Below, in pieces: positions 31,864 to 42,879 of a stretch of DNA of 64,000 nt; within the stretch, counting starts at the first letter, position 1, and each line of letters starts with the position of its first letter. Both the position numbers and the translations under genes were made by a program. Source of the DNA: Pyrodictiaceae archaeon. Lineage in GTDB: Archaea; Thermoproteota; Thermoprotei_A; Sulfolobales; Pyrodictiaceae. Where the stretch lies: contig JALVSY010000016.1 of the NCBI GenBank assembly GCA_027036135.1, positions 32,001 to 96,000 on the forward strand. Reading direction: 5' to 3'. The notes under the pieces are model-generated. The model ran no database searches. It was not told the origin of the DNA and saw only the letters and a program-made list of their open reading frames with translations.

Positions 31864-32793
31864 GGCCTCCTCTCGTGTCCGTGCCACGACATACACGTGG
31901 ATAATGCATCCCTGTGGGCTACAGAGCCTATGGGCCGTGTCGAGGAATTCTGTTGAGCTATGAGGGAGGTTCATTATAATCCTTGTAAAAACTGGTCTAA
32001 GCACCCTTGGTAATTCCTTGGCGTCCATGTTTAGTACCAGTATTGGTGTTTTGAGCTTCTTCTTGTTCAGCTTAATGGAATCCAGCATGGCTGAGACAGC
32101 CCATGGATTAGCATCATTAGCGACAACTAGCTCCGCTCTACCAAGTGCGCTTATGAGGAGAGAAAAGCCGCCTATACCGGCAAACATGTCAAGAACTACT
32201 TCTCCTGGAGCCACTTGGCTAGCAATCCGGTAGTGCTCGGCGCTGAGACGCGGGTTGATGTAGACCTTCCCTAGGGGGACATGATATACTAGCCCGTGCT
32301 CACGATACTCCGTTACTTCTATTATCTCCCCTGCCAAGTGGACTAGTCTTTGAACCCGGTACTCGCCCTCAGTAACCTCCTTGCCATAAACAGCTCGTAT
32401 ACCCCTAACATTCCTCAACAGCTCCTCGGCTACTTCTTTCTCGCGGCCCCTAATCTCCTCGCTCAGCGATATAATTGCAACGTCACCTACCACTGTGAAG
32501 GAGATAGGAGGCTCCCACTTCTCGCGCGCCTCGCAGCTAGTCTCAACGACTTCCACTACTCCTTCACATATTTGTAGGAACGTGTCACGCACGGCAGTAG
32601 CATCTACTGCTCCTCTAACTGGGAACACTGGGAGCATCGTCCTAATAGGGGAGTACTTCTTAAGAGGCCTGGAGCCGCTTAGCAATAACTGGTTGTCCTT
32701 GAGGTAGCGGCGCAGTGCCTCGCCGCACCATGGCCCAGCTACGAGACATGTGCAGCGCCCCTGCTCCGGTGGCAATGTGATGCTCCGCCGCAT
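31756..32793 (-). CDS. Trm5/Taw22-family tRNA methyltransferase
   Basis: VYINPRLSAEH, VLDMFAGIGGF, NDANP and IIMNLP. Confidence 0.85.
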   Translation of the reverse strand: MRRSITLPPEQGRCTCLVAGPWCGEALRRYLKDNQLLLSGSRPLKKYSPIRTMLPVFPVRGAVDATAVRDTFLQICEGVVEVVETSCEAREKWEPPISFTVVGDVAIISLSEEIRGREKEVAEELLRNVRGIRAVYGKEVTEGEYRVQRLVHLAGEIIEVTEYREHGLVYHVPLGKVYINPRLSAEHYRIASQVAPGEVVLDMFAGIGGFSLLISALGRAELVVANDANPWAVSAMLDSIKLNKKKLKTPILVLNMDAKELPRVLRPVFTRIIMNLPHSSTEFLDTAHRLCSPQGCIIHVYVVARTREEALNLVPGSISATRVLDYAPRKFIYRVDVAAEGRGDE

Positions 32794-33607
32794 AGCAATA
32801 TTCGCGAGACCCGACTTAAGAGAATCTATTATACTTGCTAAGCAGGTATACGAGAAACTGGTAAGGCTTGGTGCTGAGGTGTATTATGACCTATCTGTAG
32901 CTGATAAGGTAGGTGGCCCTGGTATTGACCTAAGATTCGAGGATGTCGACGGCGTTGTTGTCATAGGTGGTGATGGCACCCTCCTCCGCCTACTTCAGCT
33001 CCTCGGCGAAAAATCACCCGTTCTTCACCTAATAAGGCTCGGGCATAGAGCATTCCTTTTCGCCGAGGAGCCTAGTACGGCTATCGAGAAGCTGAGGGAC
33101 TTCGTCTCCGAGAACTACTGGGTGGAGGAGCATAAGCGCCTAAGAATAGAGACCAGTAGCTATATGGGCTTTGCTCTCAACGAGGCAGTGATAACTGCTC
33201 TGGGCTCGAAGATAGTCTACCTAGACGTGAATGTAGGAGACGAGATACTCTATGAGGACCTAGCCGGTGACGGGGTTATAGTGGCGACGCCTCTCGGAAG
33301 CACTGCATACAGCTACAGCGCTGGTGGTCCCGTGGTTCATCCTGCCCTAGATGCTGTTATTGTTACACCGCTTAACCCAATCAATAGGGACATGGGGCCA
33401 ACAGTTCTACCGGGGGATGCCGCGATAGAGGTGGTGATTAAGTATACTTTACGCCCGGTAAAACTAATAATTGATGGAGCGAAGGAACAGCTTCTTACAA
33501 GAGGAGCCCGGGTAAAGGCGTCTCTCCAGGGCCCCTCGGTGCGTTTCGCTAGGTACACTGAGGGAGGGATGCTGAGACTACCATGGAGGAGAAAGTGTTC
33601 GTCCTAG
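32750..33607 (+). CDS. nadK: NAD kinase
   Basis: GGDGTLL, ALNE and GDGVIVATPLGSTAYSYSAGGP. Confidence 0.95.
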   Translation: MQRPCSGGNVMLRRIAIFARPDLRESIILAKQVYEKLVRLGAEVYYDLSVADKVGGPGIDLRFEDVDGVVVIGGDGTLLRLLQLLGEKSPVLHLIRLGHRAFLFAEEPSTAIEKLRDFVSENYWVEEHKRLRIETSSYMGFALNEAVITALGSKIVYLDVNVGDEILYEDLAGDGVIVATPLGSTAYSYSAGGPVVHPALDAVIVTPLNPINRDMGPTVLPGDAAIEVVIKYTLRPVKLIIDGAKEQLLTRGARVKASLQGPSVRFARYTEGGMLRLPWRRKCSS

Positions 33608-34116
33608 ATACAAGTGGGTTCATAGCTAGGTGGCCTCTCTATGCCCCCCGGGCAACAATATACACGACTAGTCTCGTGCTAAGCGAGGTAAAAGACTCTG
33701 AGAGCAAACAAGGCCTAGAGATAGCACTTCTACTTGACCGCGTTCACGTAGTTGATCCCAGGCAGAGCTATGTTAAGCGAGTAGTCCGTGAAGCGCGTAA
33801 GAGGGGCCTACATATATCCCTGAGCAGGACCGATATATCGGTAGCAGCCCTGGCTCTTCAACTAAGAGAACAGGGGCTAGAGGTAGAGGTTATAACAGAT
33901 GATTACTCGTTGCAAAACCTCCTCGCCCTCCTCGGGATAAAGTATCGGCCGCTAAGAACCCGTGGAATAAGAAGAGTTGAGGAATACATAGTAGTTTGCC
34001 CAGCATGTGGCTACACGTCACGGAACCCTGCTGAGAAGACATGCCCTGTTTGCGGAACTCCTCTCAAGCGTATAAGGAAGAAAGCTTGGAGCAAGAACAA
34101 CAAGACACAATTCTAG
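33583..34116 (+). CDS. nob1: Nob1 PIN-domain rRNA endonuclease
   Basis: VLDTS, LSRTD, TDDYSLQN and C-terminal CPACG/CPVCG ribbon. Confidence 0.92.
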   Translation: MEEKVFVLDTSGFIARWPLYAPRATIYTTSLVLSEVKDSESKQGLEIALLLDRVHVVDPRQSYVKRVVREARKRGLHISLSRTDISVAALALQLREQGLEVEVITDDYSLQNLLALLGIKYRPLRTRGIRRVEEYIVVCPACGYTSRNPAEKTCPVCGTPLKRIRKKAWSKNNKTQF

Positions 34117-34787
34117 GAAAAGATGATTATTCACCTGGGCTAGTAGAGGTGCGCGGCAAAAAGATACTCCTCATAGGTTATAGTGTGTTTTCGGGCTTTC
34201 AGCTAAACCCCTCCGAGGAGATAATCACAAGGCTTGACGGCGCTGATATTAACGGGTACAGGGTTGAGGGCCTCCTACTCCCGGTATCCTATCGCTACGT
34301 CCAAGGCACGTTGCCGAGAATACTTGAGGAAGAGCAGCCAGACATAGCTCTAGGCATAGGGCTTGCCCCTAGAGCTACTAGGCCAGTGATAGAGCTCGTG
34401 GCTTCTAATGTTGCTAGCTTCCGTATAAGCGACGACGGCGGGGCCCTGGTAGGCTACGAGTATGTAGCAGGTAGTGGCTTAGAAGCTGTAAGAACAACAC
34501 TGCCAGTAAGCAGCATTCTTGATGAGTGTCGGCGGCGTGGCCTAGATATAGTGGCAGGCGTCAGTATCGGCACTTATCTCTGCGGCATAGCCGGCTATTA
34601 CATAATGAAGTATGCAGAAACCCATAAGAGAATCGGGGGATTCATACATATACCTCCATCAACGGAGCTGGCTATGCGCCACGGGCTCCGGAACTATGTG
34701 TCGCTGAGCATACTCCTCGAGATAATTAAGTGTGTACTAGAGACGGTTACCGGGGCTTTACAAGCCTCGCAACAAAGTAGCCAGTAG
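34041..34787 (+). CDS. pcp: Pyroglutamyl peptidase I (true start probably about 34150)
   Basis: NPSEE, LPVSY, IELVA, GTYLC and GFIHIP. Confidence 0.88.
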   Translation: MPCLRNSSQAYKEESLEQEQQDTILGKDDYSPGLVEVRGKKILLIGYSVFSGFQLNPSEEIITRLDGADINGYRVEGLLLPVSYRYVQGTLPRILEEEQPDIALGIGLAPRATRPVIELVASNVASFRISDDGGALVGYEYVAGSGLEAVRTTLPVSSILDECRRRGLDIVAGVSIGTYLCGIAGYYIMKYAETHKRIGGFIHIPPSTELAMRHGLRNYVSLSILLEIIKCVLETVTGALQASQQSSQ

Positions 34788-35913
34788 CGCCATGTACATG
34801 TGGATGGACTCTTATCAAGTAATCAGCCCAAGTGCCTACTCCTTTGCCGAAAACACGGAGAGGAGGCATAACGGGCTTGAATCCTAGCTCCTCGACAGCG
34901 TACTGTATGTTTTCCTCGTTCTCCGAGAGAGTAACGGTGCACGTGGAGTATACTAGTACCCCGCCAGGCTTTAGGAGGCCATAGGCAGCGCGTAGAAATT
35001 GTCGTTGATAAAGCGCGCTATTACGCACGTCTCGGTAACTCTTCTTATCCCATACCTTGGGCAAGACGCCTAGACTAGTACATGGTGGGTCCAGGATAAC
35101 ATAGTCGGCGATTCCTTTGCCAAGCCTTATGTCAGCGTATCGCGAATCGAGCCGAATAACTTCTACACCGCAGTGTCCTAGCCGCTTAAGATTCTCAACA
35201 AGTCTCCTAGTCTTTGACGCGGAGTGATCAAGGGCGATGATGCGCGCCCTTCCCCCAACAAGCTCGTAGACATGTCCTGTCTTACCACCAGGGGCTGCAC
35301 ACATATCAACTATCACACTGCCCGGCGCCGGGTCAAGTACACGCGCCACCAGCATCGAGGATATACTCTGCTCATAGATGAGCCCGTTCCGGGCCCAGAC
35401 CGTGTCGCGGAGACTAGGGACACTATAGAGGGGCCTAACGTTCTCTGCAACAAGTCCTCTTCCCCTGCGCAGGCTGTGAAGAAACTCTTCTACTACAATC
35501 GCATTAGCTACAACAACATCGTTCTCAGCCTTCACAGTGGCCTCCACACCGGGCTTGGCACAGTCATCGATACTCCTAACACCTGGGGCGTATACGTGAG
35601 CCCCCATCATTATGCTCTCAGCAGCCTTCTTTTCAACAACTATGTAGCAACCAGTATCCCTAACACGTTGCGGACCCCTAACCGGGAGCCAAAGGGCCTC
35701 CTCGAGAAACTCGTCGCGATAAACCATGTAGCCCTGGCTCCTCATGTCGTCAAGCAGCTTACCTGAGTCAATCTTTAGCACATTGACGCGTATGTAGTAG
35801 CGAGTAGGAGGCCTTTGAATAGCACTGAAGAAAGCACGGAGCCCATGGATACCATAGACTTGGCGAAGCTCGGCTAGTAACTGCTCATCGTAGCACAGCG
35901 TGGTACACGTCAT
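34747..35913 (-). CDS. RsmB/NOP2-family RNA m5C methyltransferase with PUA domain
   Basis: GAHVYAPGV, DMCAAPGGKT, DPPC and YSTCT. Confidence 0.92.
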   Translation of the reverse strand: MTCTTLCYDEQLLAELRQVYGIHGLRAFFSAIQRPPTRYYIRVNVLKIDSGKLLDDMRSQGYMVYRDEFLEEALWLPVRGPQRVRDTGCYIVVEKKAAESIMMGAHVYAPGVRSIDDCAKPGVEATVKAENDVVVANAIVVEEFLHSLRRGRGLVAENVRPLYSVPSLRDTVWARNGLIYEQSISSMLVARVLDPAPGSVIVDMCAAPGGKTGHVYELVGGRARIIALDHSASKTRRLVENLKRLGHCGVEVIRLDSRYADIRLGKGIADYVILDPPCTSLGVLPKVWDKKSYRDVRNSALYQRQFLRAAYGLLKPGGVLVYSTCTVTLSENEENIQYAVEELGFKPVMPPLRVFGKGVGTWADYLIRVHPHVHGATGYFVARLVKPR

Positions 35914-36089
35914 CCCAGATAACCCTAGCTATTCTTCCCTTGGCCTCAGTGCCTAGCATGGGGCTAATTAAGCTACAATGCGTAAACAATGCAGGATAGC
36001 GGAGACTAGGAACAAGAAATATTTGAGTGCAGACAGGGACCGGGTGAGGCTCCTTGTTCCAAAGAAATATCTTGGGTGATGTCCTGCCC

Positions 36090-36809
36090 TTATTGCACTC
36101 CTAGATACGCCTTTATTATCTCCGGGTTCTCTGCGGGCTCCTTGGCGGGGCCTTCCATCCTTATCCTGCCCGTTTCTAGGACGTAGGCATAGTCGGCAAT
36201 GTTTAGCGCGTAGTGCACGTTTTGCTCAACTATGAGTATGGTTAGTTCTTCTTCGTCTCGGATCCTCTTAACGAGATTCATTATCTCGAGAGCAAGCTTT
36301 GGTGCAAGGCCGAGACTGGCCTCGTCTATCATTAGTAGCCTCGGTAGCGCCATGAGCCCGCGCGCTATTGCTAGCATTTGTTGCTCTCCACCGCTTAGCG
36401 TGCCGGCTTTCTGGTTTAGTCGCTCCCGGAGCCTAGGGAAGATGTTGAAGACTCTCTCAAGGCTCTCTTGTATCTTCTGACGAGCGCGCTGATTATAGGC
36501 ACTCATGAGCAGGTTCTCATAGACAGTCATTTGTTGGAAGATATCCCTACCCTCCGGCACCAGTACGATGCCTCTCTCTACTCTGCGGTAACTGGGCAGC
36601 TTTGTTACGTCTTCTCCCGCGAACACTATTCTCCCTTTCCACGCTGGGATTATGCCAACTATGGCTCTCAGAGTAGTGGTTTTACCGGCACCGTTGCTTC
36701 CTATGAGTGCTGTTATGCTTCCCTTCTCAACCTGTATCGATACGTCCCATAGTACTGGTATTTTGCCGTAACCTGTGTGAAGCTTCTCAACACTAAGTAG
36801 TGTCGCCAC
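36090..36809 (-). CDS. livF: Branched-chain amino acid ABC transporter ATPase
   Basis: GSNGAGKTT, LSGGEQQM and VEQN. Confidence 0.9.
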   Translation of the reverse strand: MATLLSVEKLHTGYGKIPVLWDVSIQVEKGSITALIGSNGAGKTTTLRAIVGIIPAWKGRIVFAGEDVTKLPSYRRVERGIVLVPEGRDIFQQMTVYENLLMSAYNQRARQKIQESLERVFNIFPRLRERLNQKAGTLSGGEQQMLAIARGLMALPRLLMIDEASLGLAPKLALEIMNLVKRIRDEEELTILIVEQNVHYALNIADYAYVLETGRIRMEGPAKEPAENPEIIKAYLGVQ

Positions 36810-36827
36810 CCTGTCCCCCTCCTCTAT

Positions 36828-37592
36828 TCATCCCTGCTTCTTGAATCGTTTCACAAAAGCGAGTGCAAGCTTCGGGTCACCGAGGTACGCTTCTATTACC
36901 CTTGGGTTCGTCGCTATTTCCTCCGGTGTTCCCTCTGCAAGTTTCCTCCCGAGATGCAGTACTACTATTCTATCAGCGATCTCCATCACGGCATGCATTA
37001 CGTGCTCGATCATTACTATTGTGAGGTTGAACTCTTTTTTCGCTAGCTTTACCTTTTCAAGCATATACGATACCTCGGCCGGATTAAGGCCTGCAAAAAC
37101 CTCGTCTAGTAGGAGTAGGCGGGGTTGCCTAGCAAGAGCTCTTGCAAGCTCCAGCCTCTTCTCCAGGGCCACGTTTAGCTGTGCAGCAAGCATGTGTGCA
37201 TGCTTATCAAGCCCAAGGAATTCTAGGATGCGCTTCGCCTCCTCAGCTGCCTCTAAGTCACTTAGTCGCCTATTAGAGAACTTTATCGAGACCAATACGT
37301 TCTCGTATACTGTGAGATCGGGGAATGGCTTCGGTATCTGGAATGTGCGCGCTACTCCGAGCAGTGCTATGCGATGCGGAGGCCACCCCGTCACATCCTT
37401 CCCGAAGATGATTACCCTGCCCTTGTCGGGCTTATAGACACCCGTAATTACGTTGAAGAGCGTAGTCTTGCCAGCACCGTTGGGGCCTATTAGGCCAAGT
37501 ATTTCTCCCTCCTCAACACTCATAGATATTCCTTGGAGCGCTCTTACTCCTCCAAAGCTCTTGTGTATATCCTCAACTTGGAGCACGGGCAC
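36828..37592 (-). CDS. livG: Branched-chain amino acid ABC transporter ATPase
   Basis: GPNGAGKTT, ARTFQ, LLLDE and IEHVM. Confidence 0.9.
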   Translation of the reverse strand: MPVLQVEDIHKSFGGVRALQGISMSVEEGEILGLIGPNGAGKTTLFNVITGVYKPDKGRVIIFGKDVTGWPPHRIALLGVARTFQIPKPFPDLTVYENVLVSIKFSNRRLSDLEAAEEAKRILEFLGLDKHAHMLAAQLNVALEKRLELARALARQPRLLLLDEVFAGLNPAEVSYMLEKVKLAKKEFNLTIVMIEHVMHAVMEIADRIVVLHLGRKLAEGTPEEIATNPRVIEAYLGDPKLALAFVKRFKKQG

Positions 37593-37616
37593 AAAGCATC
37601 ACCTTCCCCGAGGCCC

Positions 37617-38643
37617 TTATTCTAATAGGAAGCGTAGCTTCGTGCTCTTGATTCGTAGCCAGCCAATGATTCCCATGGGTAGTAGCTCTGCTATGACTGC
37701 TATAGTTGCGCCAAATATCACTAGGTGTAGTGATGGGAAGCTCGTCAGGAACGCGGTCTTCACGGCATGGTATATTGCTGTACCAGTTATTGTACCTAGT
37801 ACCGTGCCTGCCCCTCCGAGCATTGTTGCGATTATTGCCTCGATGCTTAACCCTAGGTTGAAGAACTCCCCAGGCAATACTATCATTCGCTTCCAAGCTA
37901 TTATTGCTCCCGCCAAGGCTGGCGTGATGGAGCTGAGCACGAATGCAAGTGTCTTGTACTTCCAGGTATTGACGCCTATTGCCTCAGCAGCGTCCTCGTC
38001 CTCCCTAATGGCTCTTAGTCCTGCGCCGAACTTGCTCCTAGAAACGTATAGGTTGATGAGCAGCCCGAGCGCCACGACGCCTACTAGGAGGAAGTACGCT
38101 ATGTAGTGGACAGCCATTAGGCCATGATACCCGGCTATTGAGTAACCACGGTAATAGGTAGCTGATAGCTGCAAGCCCTCGCTACCACCTAGGTAGTTCA
38201 CGTTAGCCGCTACTACCCGGAACGCCTCAAGCACAGCTATGGTTGCTATCGCGAAGTACGCGCCTCTGAGCCTTAGCACTATGAGGCCTATTAGGTATGC
38301 AGCCCCCCATAGCTGCCAGTACAGCGGCCAGCATCGCTAAGTATATACTAACTCCATGGTAGTACATCAGTACCATGGCAGTGTAGCCGCCTATGCCGTA
38401 GAAGACGGCGTGTCCGAAGCTCACGTACCCAGTGTAGCCGAGTATGACATTAAGCCCAAGTACTATTGAGAACAACACCATGAAGGTGGTTATGGTTTCG
38501 CGGTAGTAGCCTAGGCTTTCAGAATATAATGACCCGGTGCCAAGCCCCAGTAACACAGCTATGATTAGTGCAACGGTTAGGTTGGTTATCAAGCGGCCAC
38601 GCGCTAGTTGACGAAGTATCTGTGCAGCCTCCATTAGCACCAC
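37617..38643 (-). pseudogene. livM: ABC permease LivM, frameshifted at the G6 run (38303-38308)
   Basis: GYTGYVSFGHA in the 5' ORF and LRLRGAYFAIAT in the 3' ORF; removing one G joins them. Confidence 0.85.
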
Positions 38644-38652
38644 CTCTTGGCT

Positions 38653-39516
38653 CTAGAGTTTCGCGAACAACCCAGTCGGCTTTATGACGAGCATTATGAT
38701 AAGCAAGAGGAACGCGACAAGAGGGCCCCAGCTACCACTAGCCACTATGCTCGTTAGCTGCTCAGCTACGCCAAGTATTACACCGTCAACAAGGCTTCCA
38801 AGGGGGTTCCCGAGGCTACCTAGCACAACTATTGTGAACGAGTATAGCTCGTACTTGCTACCAGTCTCTGGGGTAAAGCTATACGCGAGCGCCAATAACG
38901 TTCCCGCTGCGGTCGCAAACAGTACCCCGAGCGCAAACGTCAACATCAATATCTTTGTTACGTTTACCCCCATAAGCGCGGCTGCTTCCTGGTTCATAAC
39001 CACTGCTCTAACAGCCCTACCGAACCACGTCCGGTATATGAGAACGTAGGCACCAATAGCTATTGCTGCGGCTACAATGGCTCCTATAATCTGTATAGTC
39101 ATGATGGGTACGTGCCCGACCTCTATTACGCTAGACTCAACGGGTAGTGTGCGTGCAATACCGCCGAACTTTAGCTCAATAAGCCCGAGGATTATGAGCC
39201 CGAAGCCGAAGGTTGACAAGAGGCTTGCTAGCTCTGGGCCGCCTAGTACGCGGTGAACAAAGAGATAATAGGCAACAACACCGACTATGAAGCCGATGAA
39301 CAGTGTTAGTAGAATAGAAGCCAGTAATGGTACACCATGCATTACTGTCAAGAGATAAGCAAGGTACATGCTCATCGCTATTAGCGCGCCATGGCTTAGA
39401 TTAACGACTCTGAGTATGCCCCAGATAATACTGAGCCCGAGAGCGGCGAGGCCATAGAGGCTCCCAACAACTAGTCAAGCGACAAAGCCTCCCAGTAACA
39501 AGCTTCCCGAGACCAA
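38653..39516 (-). pseudogene. livH: ABC permease LivH with in-frame TGA at 39475-39477
   Basis: Upstream frame reads FVA*LVVGSLYGLAALGLSIIWGILRVVNLSHG; the stop sits at the conserved Gly (GGA to TGA). Confidence 0.85.
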
Positions 39517-39648
39517 TCCGCCGACACCTATGCCCTAAACTTAACGATGCATAGTGCATACTGCGGTCTCGTGACGTGTTTATTAAGCGTAATTAATGAA
39601 GAGTAAATAAGATACATTATTTTAGGAAAAACCGTTGAGGGGTGGGCG

Positions 39649-41020
39649 CTACTTATTCCAGGGTATCGGGTATATGGGCTTGGCTTGTGCAGCCTCCTCG
39701 GGATATACTATGACCTTTACTAGCTTGCCGTTCTGCTTCTGCCACTGCACTAGCACCATGCTGTGACCTATCTGTAGCCCGTGCTTATCGGCGCCACTGT
39801 AGAACTTTATGTGGCCCCAGAACGTCATTAGGTCGAGGTTGTCTAGTAGCTTTTAGCCTTCTCCGTATCTAGTCCGACGTGCTCTATGACGTACTGGAGT
39901 AGTAGTCCCGCGGCGTAGCCACCGGCTGCGTGGTATCCTGGGAGTTTTCCATACTTGCTCTTATAGGCGTTGACAAACTCCTCGACAGTGGGCCCATACC
40001 ATGGTATGCCTAGCTTCTTCGCGGTCTCAGGGCTGTACTTTACGCCGGGCTCCCATTGGCTGGGGCCAATAACGCCGAGGGCAGCGTCTCCTAGTTCGGC
40101 GAAGGCGGGTTCTGGTGGGGCAACTAGTATAGCGACGTATTTCAGCGTCTTTATCTTTGCCTGGTATAGCTGCTTTACCAGGTTGAAGCCGTCTTGGAAG
40201 TGGCCTCCGCCGAAGATTGCTGTCGCGCCAGAGGACGATATCTTGGCTATGTATGTTGAGAAGTCAGTAGTGCCTGGTGGATAGTGGTCCTCGTAGACTA
40301 TCTTGAAGCCGTGCTCCTCTAGGTACTTCTTCGTGGCAGCAGCTACTGACTTGGCGAATTTGCTGTTCTCGAAGAGCAGTGCTACTTTCTTATTGTTCGG
40401 GTCAAGCTTCATGAGTAGCTCAACGGCCAAGGTCATATACTTACTGGCTGGCGTGTATAGCTGGTAGACGTACTGGTACCCCTTAGTGAATATTGAGTCG
40501 CTAGCAGCACCAGTAGCTATCATAATCTTATGATAACTATCAGTAACGGCGGCAGCAGCGGTCAAGCCACTGCTATATGGGCTAATAAGGTAGTCAACCT
40601 TGTCGCTAGTGATGAGCTTCTGGTACAGCTCCTGCACACGCGCGCTCTTGGACTCGTCGTCGTAGTAGATTAGCTTAACCTTACAAATCCTCCCATCAGG
40701 TAGCTTTATGCCGCCCTTAGAGTTAACTTGCTCAGCCCAGAGCTTGATTCCCTTGAGCTGCTCGGTAGACTCCTCCTGCAATTTACCAGTAAGGGAAGCA
40801 GTGAACCCTATCTTAATCACACAGCCACCAGCACCACTACCAGCTGCGCTAGTCGTGGTTGTTGACTGCGTCGTTATCGTTGCTGGTGGTGTTGTTGCCG
40901 GCGATGTGGCTGTTGCCTTACCACCACCCTTAGACGCATAGTAATAGGCTACACCAGCAATAATAACAATAATGATCACATCACAGCTATAGATATCCAA
41001 ACACCTGCCTTAGACACCAA
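39649..41020 (-). pseudogene. livK: ABC substrate-binding protein LivK-like, frameshifts near 40980 and 39851-39854
   Basis: KIGFTASLTG, YYDDES and SPYSSG; signal anchor MSKAGVWISIAV and C-terminal TFWGHIKF...VQWQ...YPIPW lie in other frames. Confidence 0.85.
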
Positions 41021-41305
41021 GACCTACCACACCCCATGAAAAAGAACTCCTTGTCTATGTAACACCCCACCCCCAGGGGTTTTATCATTAGCCCTACACA
41101 GAATCCCACAAAGCAACATATTCATGAAACGAATTAAGTAACACCCACTAAAGAAAATAAAGACAAGAACAAGACTAGGCCGAGCAAGGATCAAGGAGAC
41201 CCCGTTGTAAAGAAAACCTAATAACCACGACCCAGGGACAAAGAAGAATCCACGGAAACCCAGCCAGGGGCCACAAAGGCCTCCAGACAAAGAGGCCCTC
41301 TGGCT

Positions 41306-41383
<78 letters not shown>

Positions 41384-41605
41384 TTATAAAGATACAAATA
41401 AGCTCTTACTTCCCTTAACTCCGACGGCTCCTCTTACATAGAGCCGTCTAGCTCTCTGAGTAAGGCTAAACTTAGGATCCTTTTATGCATCTTTATTTGT
41501 TCAACTATTTTAATTCAACTGATTTAAAGTATGCTAGGCATAGGATCTCTACTACAAGGACTACTAATTAATAATCTTATCATGGAAAATAAGATTTTTA
41601 TATTC

Positions 41606-41640
41606 TATTTTCATAATATATAATATATATTATGAAAATA
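41606..41640. repeat. 35-bp AT-rich palindrome
   Basis: TATTTTCATAATATATA-A-TATATATTATGAAAATA (17-bp perfect arms, 1-nt centre). Confidence 0.9.
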
Positions 41641-41744
41641 TTATGTACTAAAATTCTGTAGATACACTATTATATGTAGCTTCGTGCCGTCTCATGAATA
41701 GTTTATAAGGGAGTAAGTTTACATATTTTTCAAGAGGTTTTCAA

Positions 41745-42220
41745 ATGAATTATACTGTTGTTACTGCTATAGAGAATTGTAGAGAATTGTCTATCAAAGC
41801 ACTGTGCTCTAGGCTCTGTAATTGTGTTAAAGCAGACATGTAGTTCGCTTAAGCAACACGAACACGAGGGTGTATATATTTTCGTAGATGATTCAAGCAA
41901 TATCATCTACTATGTTGGTGAAACAAGAAATTTAGCTAGTAGGGTTTATAGAACGCATTGTAAAGGCCTAATAGGGAGCTCCGAGGGTGTTGTTCGCTTT
42001 CTCATGTATATATTTGCTAGGCTGTGTAAAGATGAAAGAATAATAGGGGCCCAAAGTGTTGCTGAGCGTGGAAAAAAATGTTAAAGACGAACTTGTCAAA
42101 TTTATATCAGCATTGACTATATACATAGGTTATTGTAAAGACGAAAAACTCAGTCAAGATAAGCTTCTAGAGGCAGAGATGTGCCTTAAGGAAAAATTAA
42201 AGCCAATATTGAACCCATAA
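41745..42220 (+). pseudogene. GIY-YIG endonuclease with apparent +1 frameshifts
   Basis: GVYIF...IYYVGETRNLASRV; C-terminal LLEAEMCLKEKLKPILNP in the next frame after the A7 run near 42072; ATG 41745 in a third frame. Confidence 0.75.
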
Positions 42221-42396
42221 GATAGAATATCTTTACAATAGTTCAAAGAACTTAGTATTAGGATTCTTAACAGGAGAGCCAAGGGGGATACTCTCCTAGG
42301 CCCCCATACGTGGCTCAGTAGTGGTGCTGTGGCCTGGACCCGGTTATTGCTAGGCGGGCTAGGCTTGTCTGCAGCGAGCTTGAGACCAAGTACACT

Positions 42397-42879
42397 GTGG
42401 ATGGCTTCCTCGTGACCTTGGAGACGCTTGCCACCTGGGCCCTGGACACGTGCCGCGACAAGGGGGTAGTGTGTGCTGCTAAGCTCTTCCGCGAAGTCCT
42501 TGGAGACGAGTGTGTTGAGAGGGAGTTGGCGAGGCTCGCGCCCCACAAGGGGCTAGTGTCTAGCCTGGTGCCGGGGAACCCCCGGTTCCGGAAACTAGCA
42601 GTGCTCCTAGACCACCTGCTCAAGAAACTAGAGAATGTCTCCACGGCGCTTCTCAGGAGCCGGGAGCTATTACCAGTAGCGAGGGCCCCACTCTTCCTCA
42701 TAGAGCACGCCCAGGAAACACATATGCCGATACAGGTAGCAGAGCCACTGGAGCCCCAAGGAGCTAGGGAGCACCGAGAACCAAGCATAATCGAGATAAT
42801 AAAGCCCCGCAAAAAGCCACGAATAATAGAAGAGAAACACAAGCAAAGAGACAACGACATAGAATGGGTAGAACTATAG
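42397..42879 (+). CDS. Hypothetical protein, probably a 5'-truncated fragment in a GC-richer insert
   Basis: 160-aa ORF, frame open about 25 codons further upstream without a start; acidic DIEWVEL tail. Confidence 0.45.
   Translation: MDGFLVTLETLATWALDTCRDKGVVCAAKLFREVLGDECVERELARLAPHKGLVSSLVPGNPRFRKLAVLLDHLLKKLENVSTALLRSRELLPVARAPLFLIEHAQETHMPIQVAEPLEPQGAREHREPSIIEIIKPRKKPRIIEEKHKQRDNDIEWVEL

Noticed and set aside
39475-39477. In-frame TGA in livH as possible selenocysteine or readthrough
   Set aside because: It aligns to a conserved Gly rather than Cys, and the operon has other inactivating lesions
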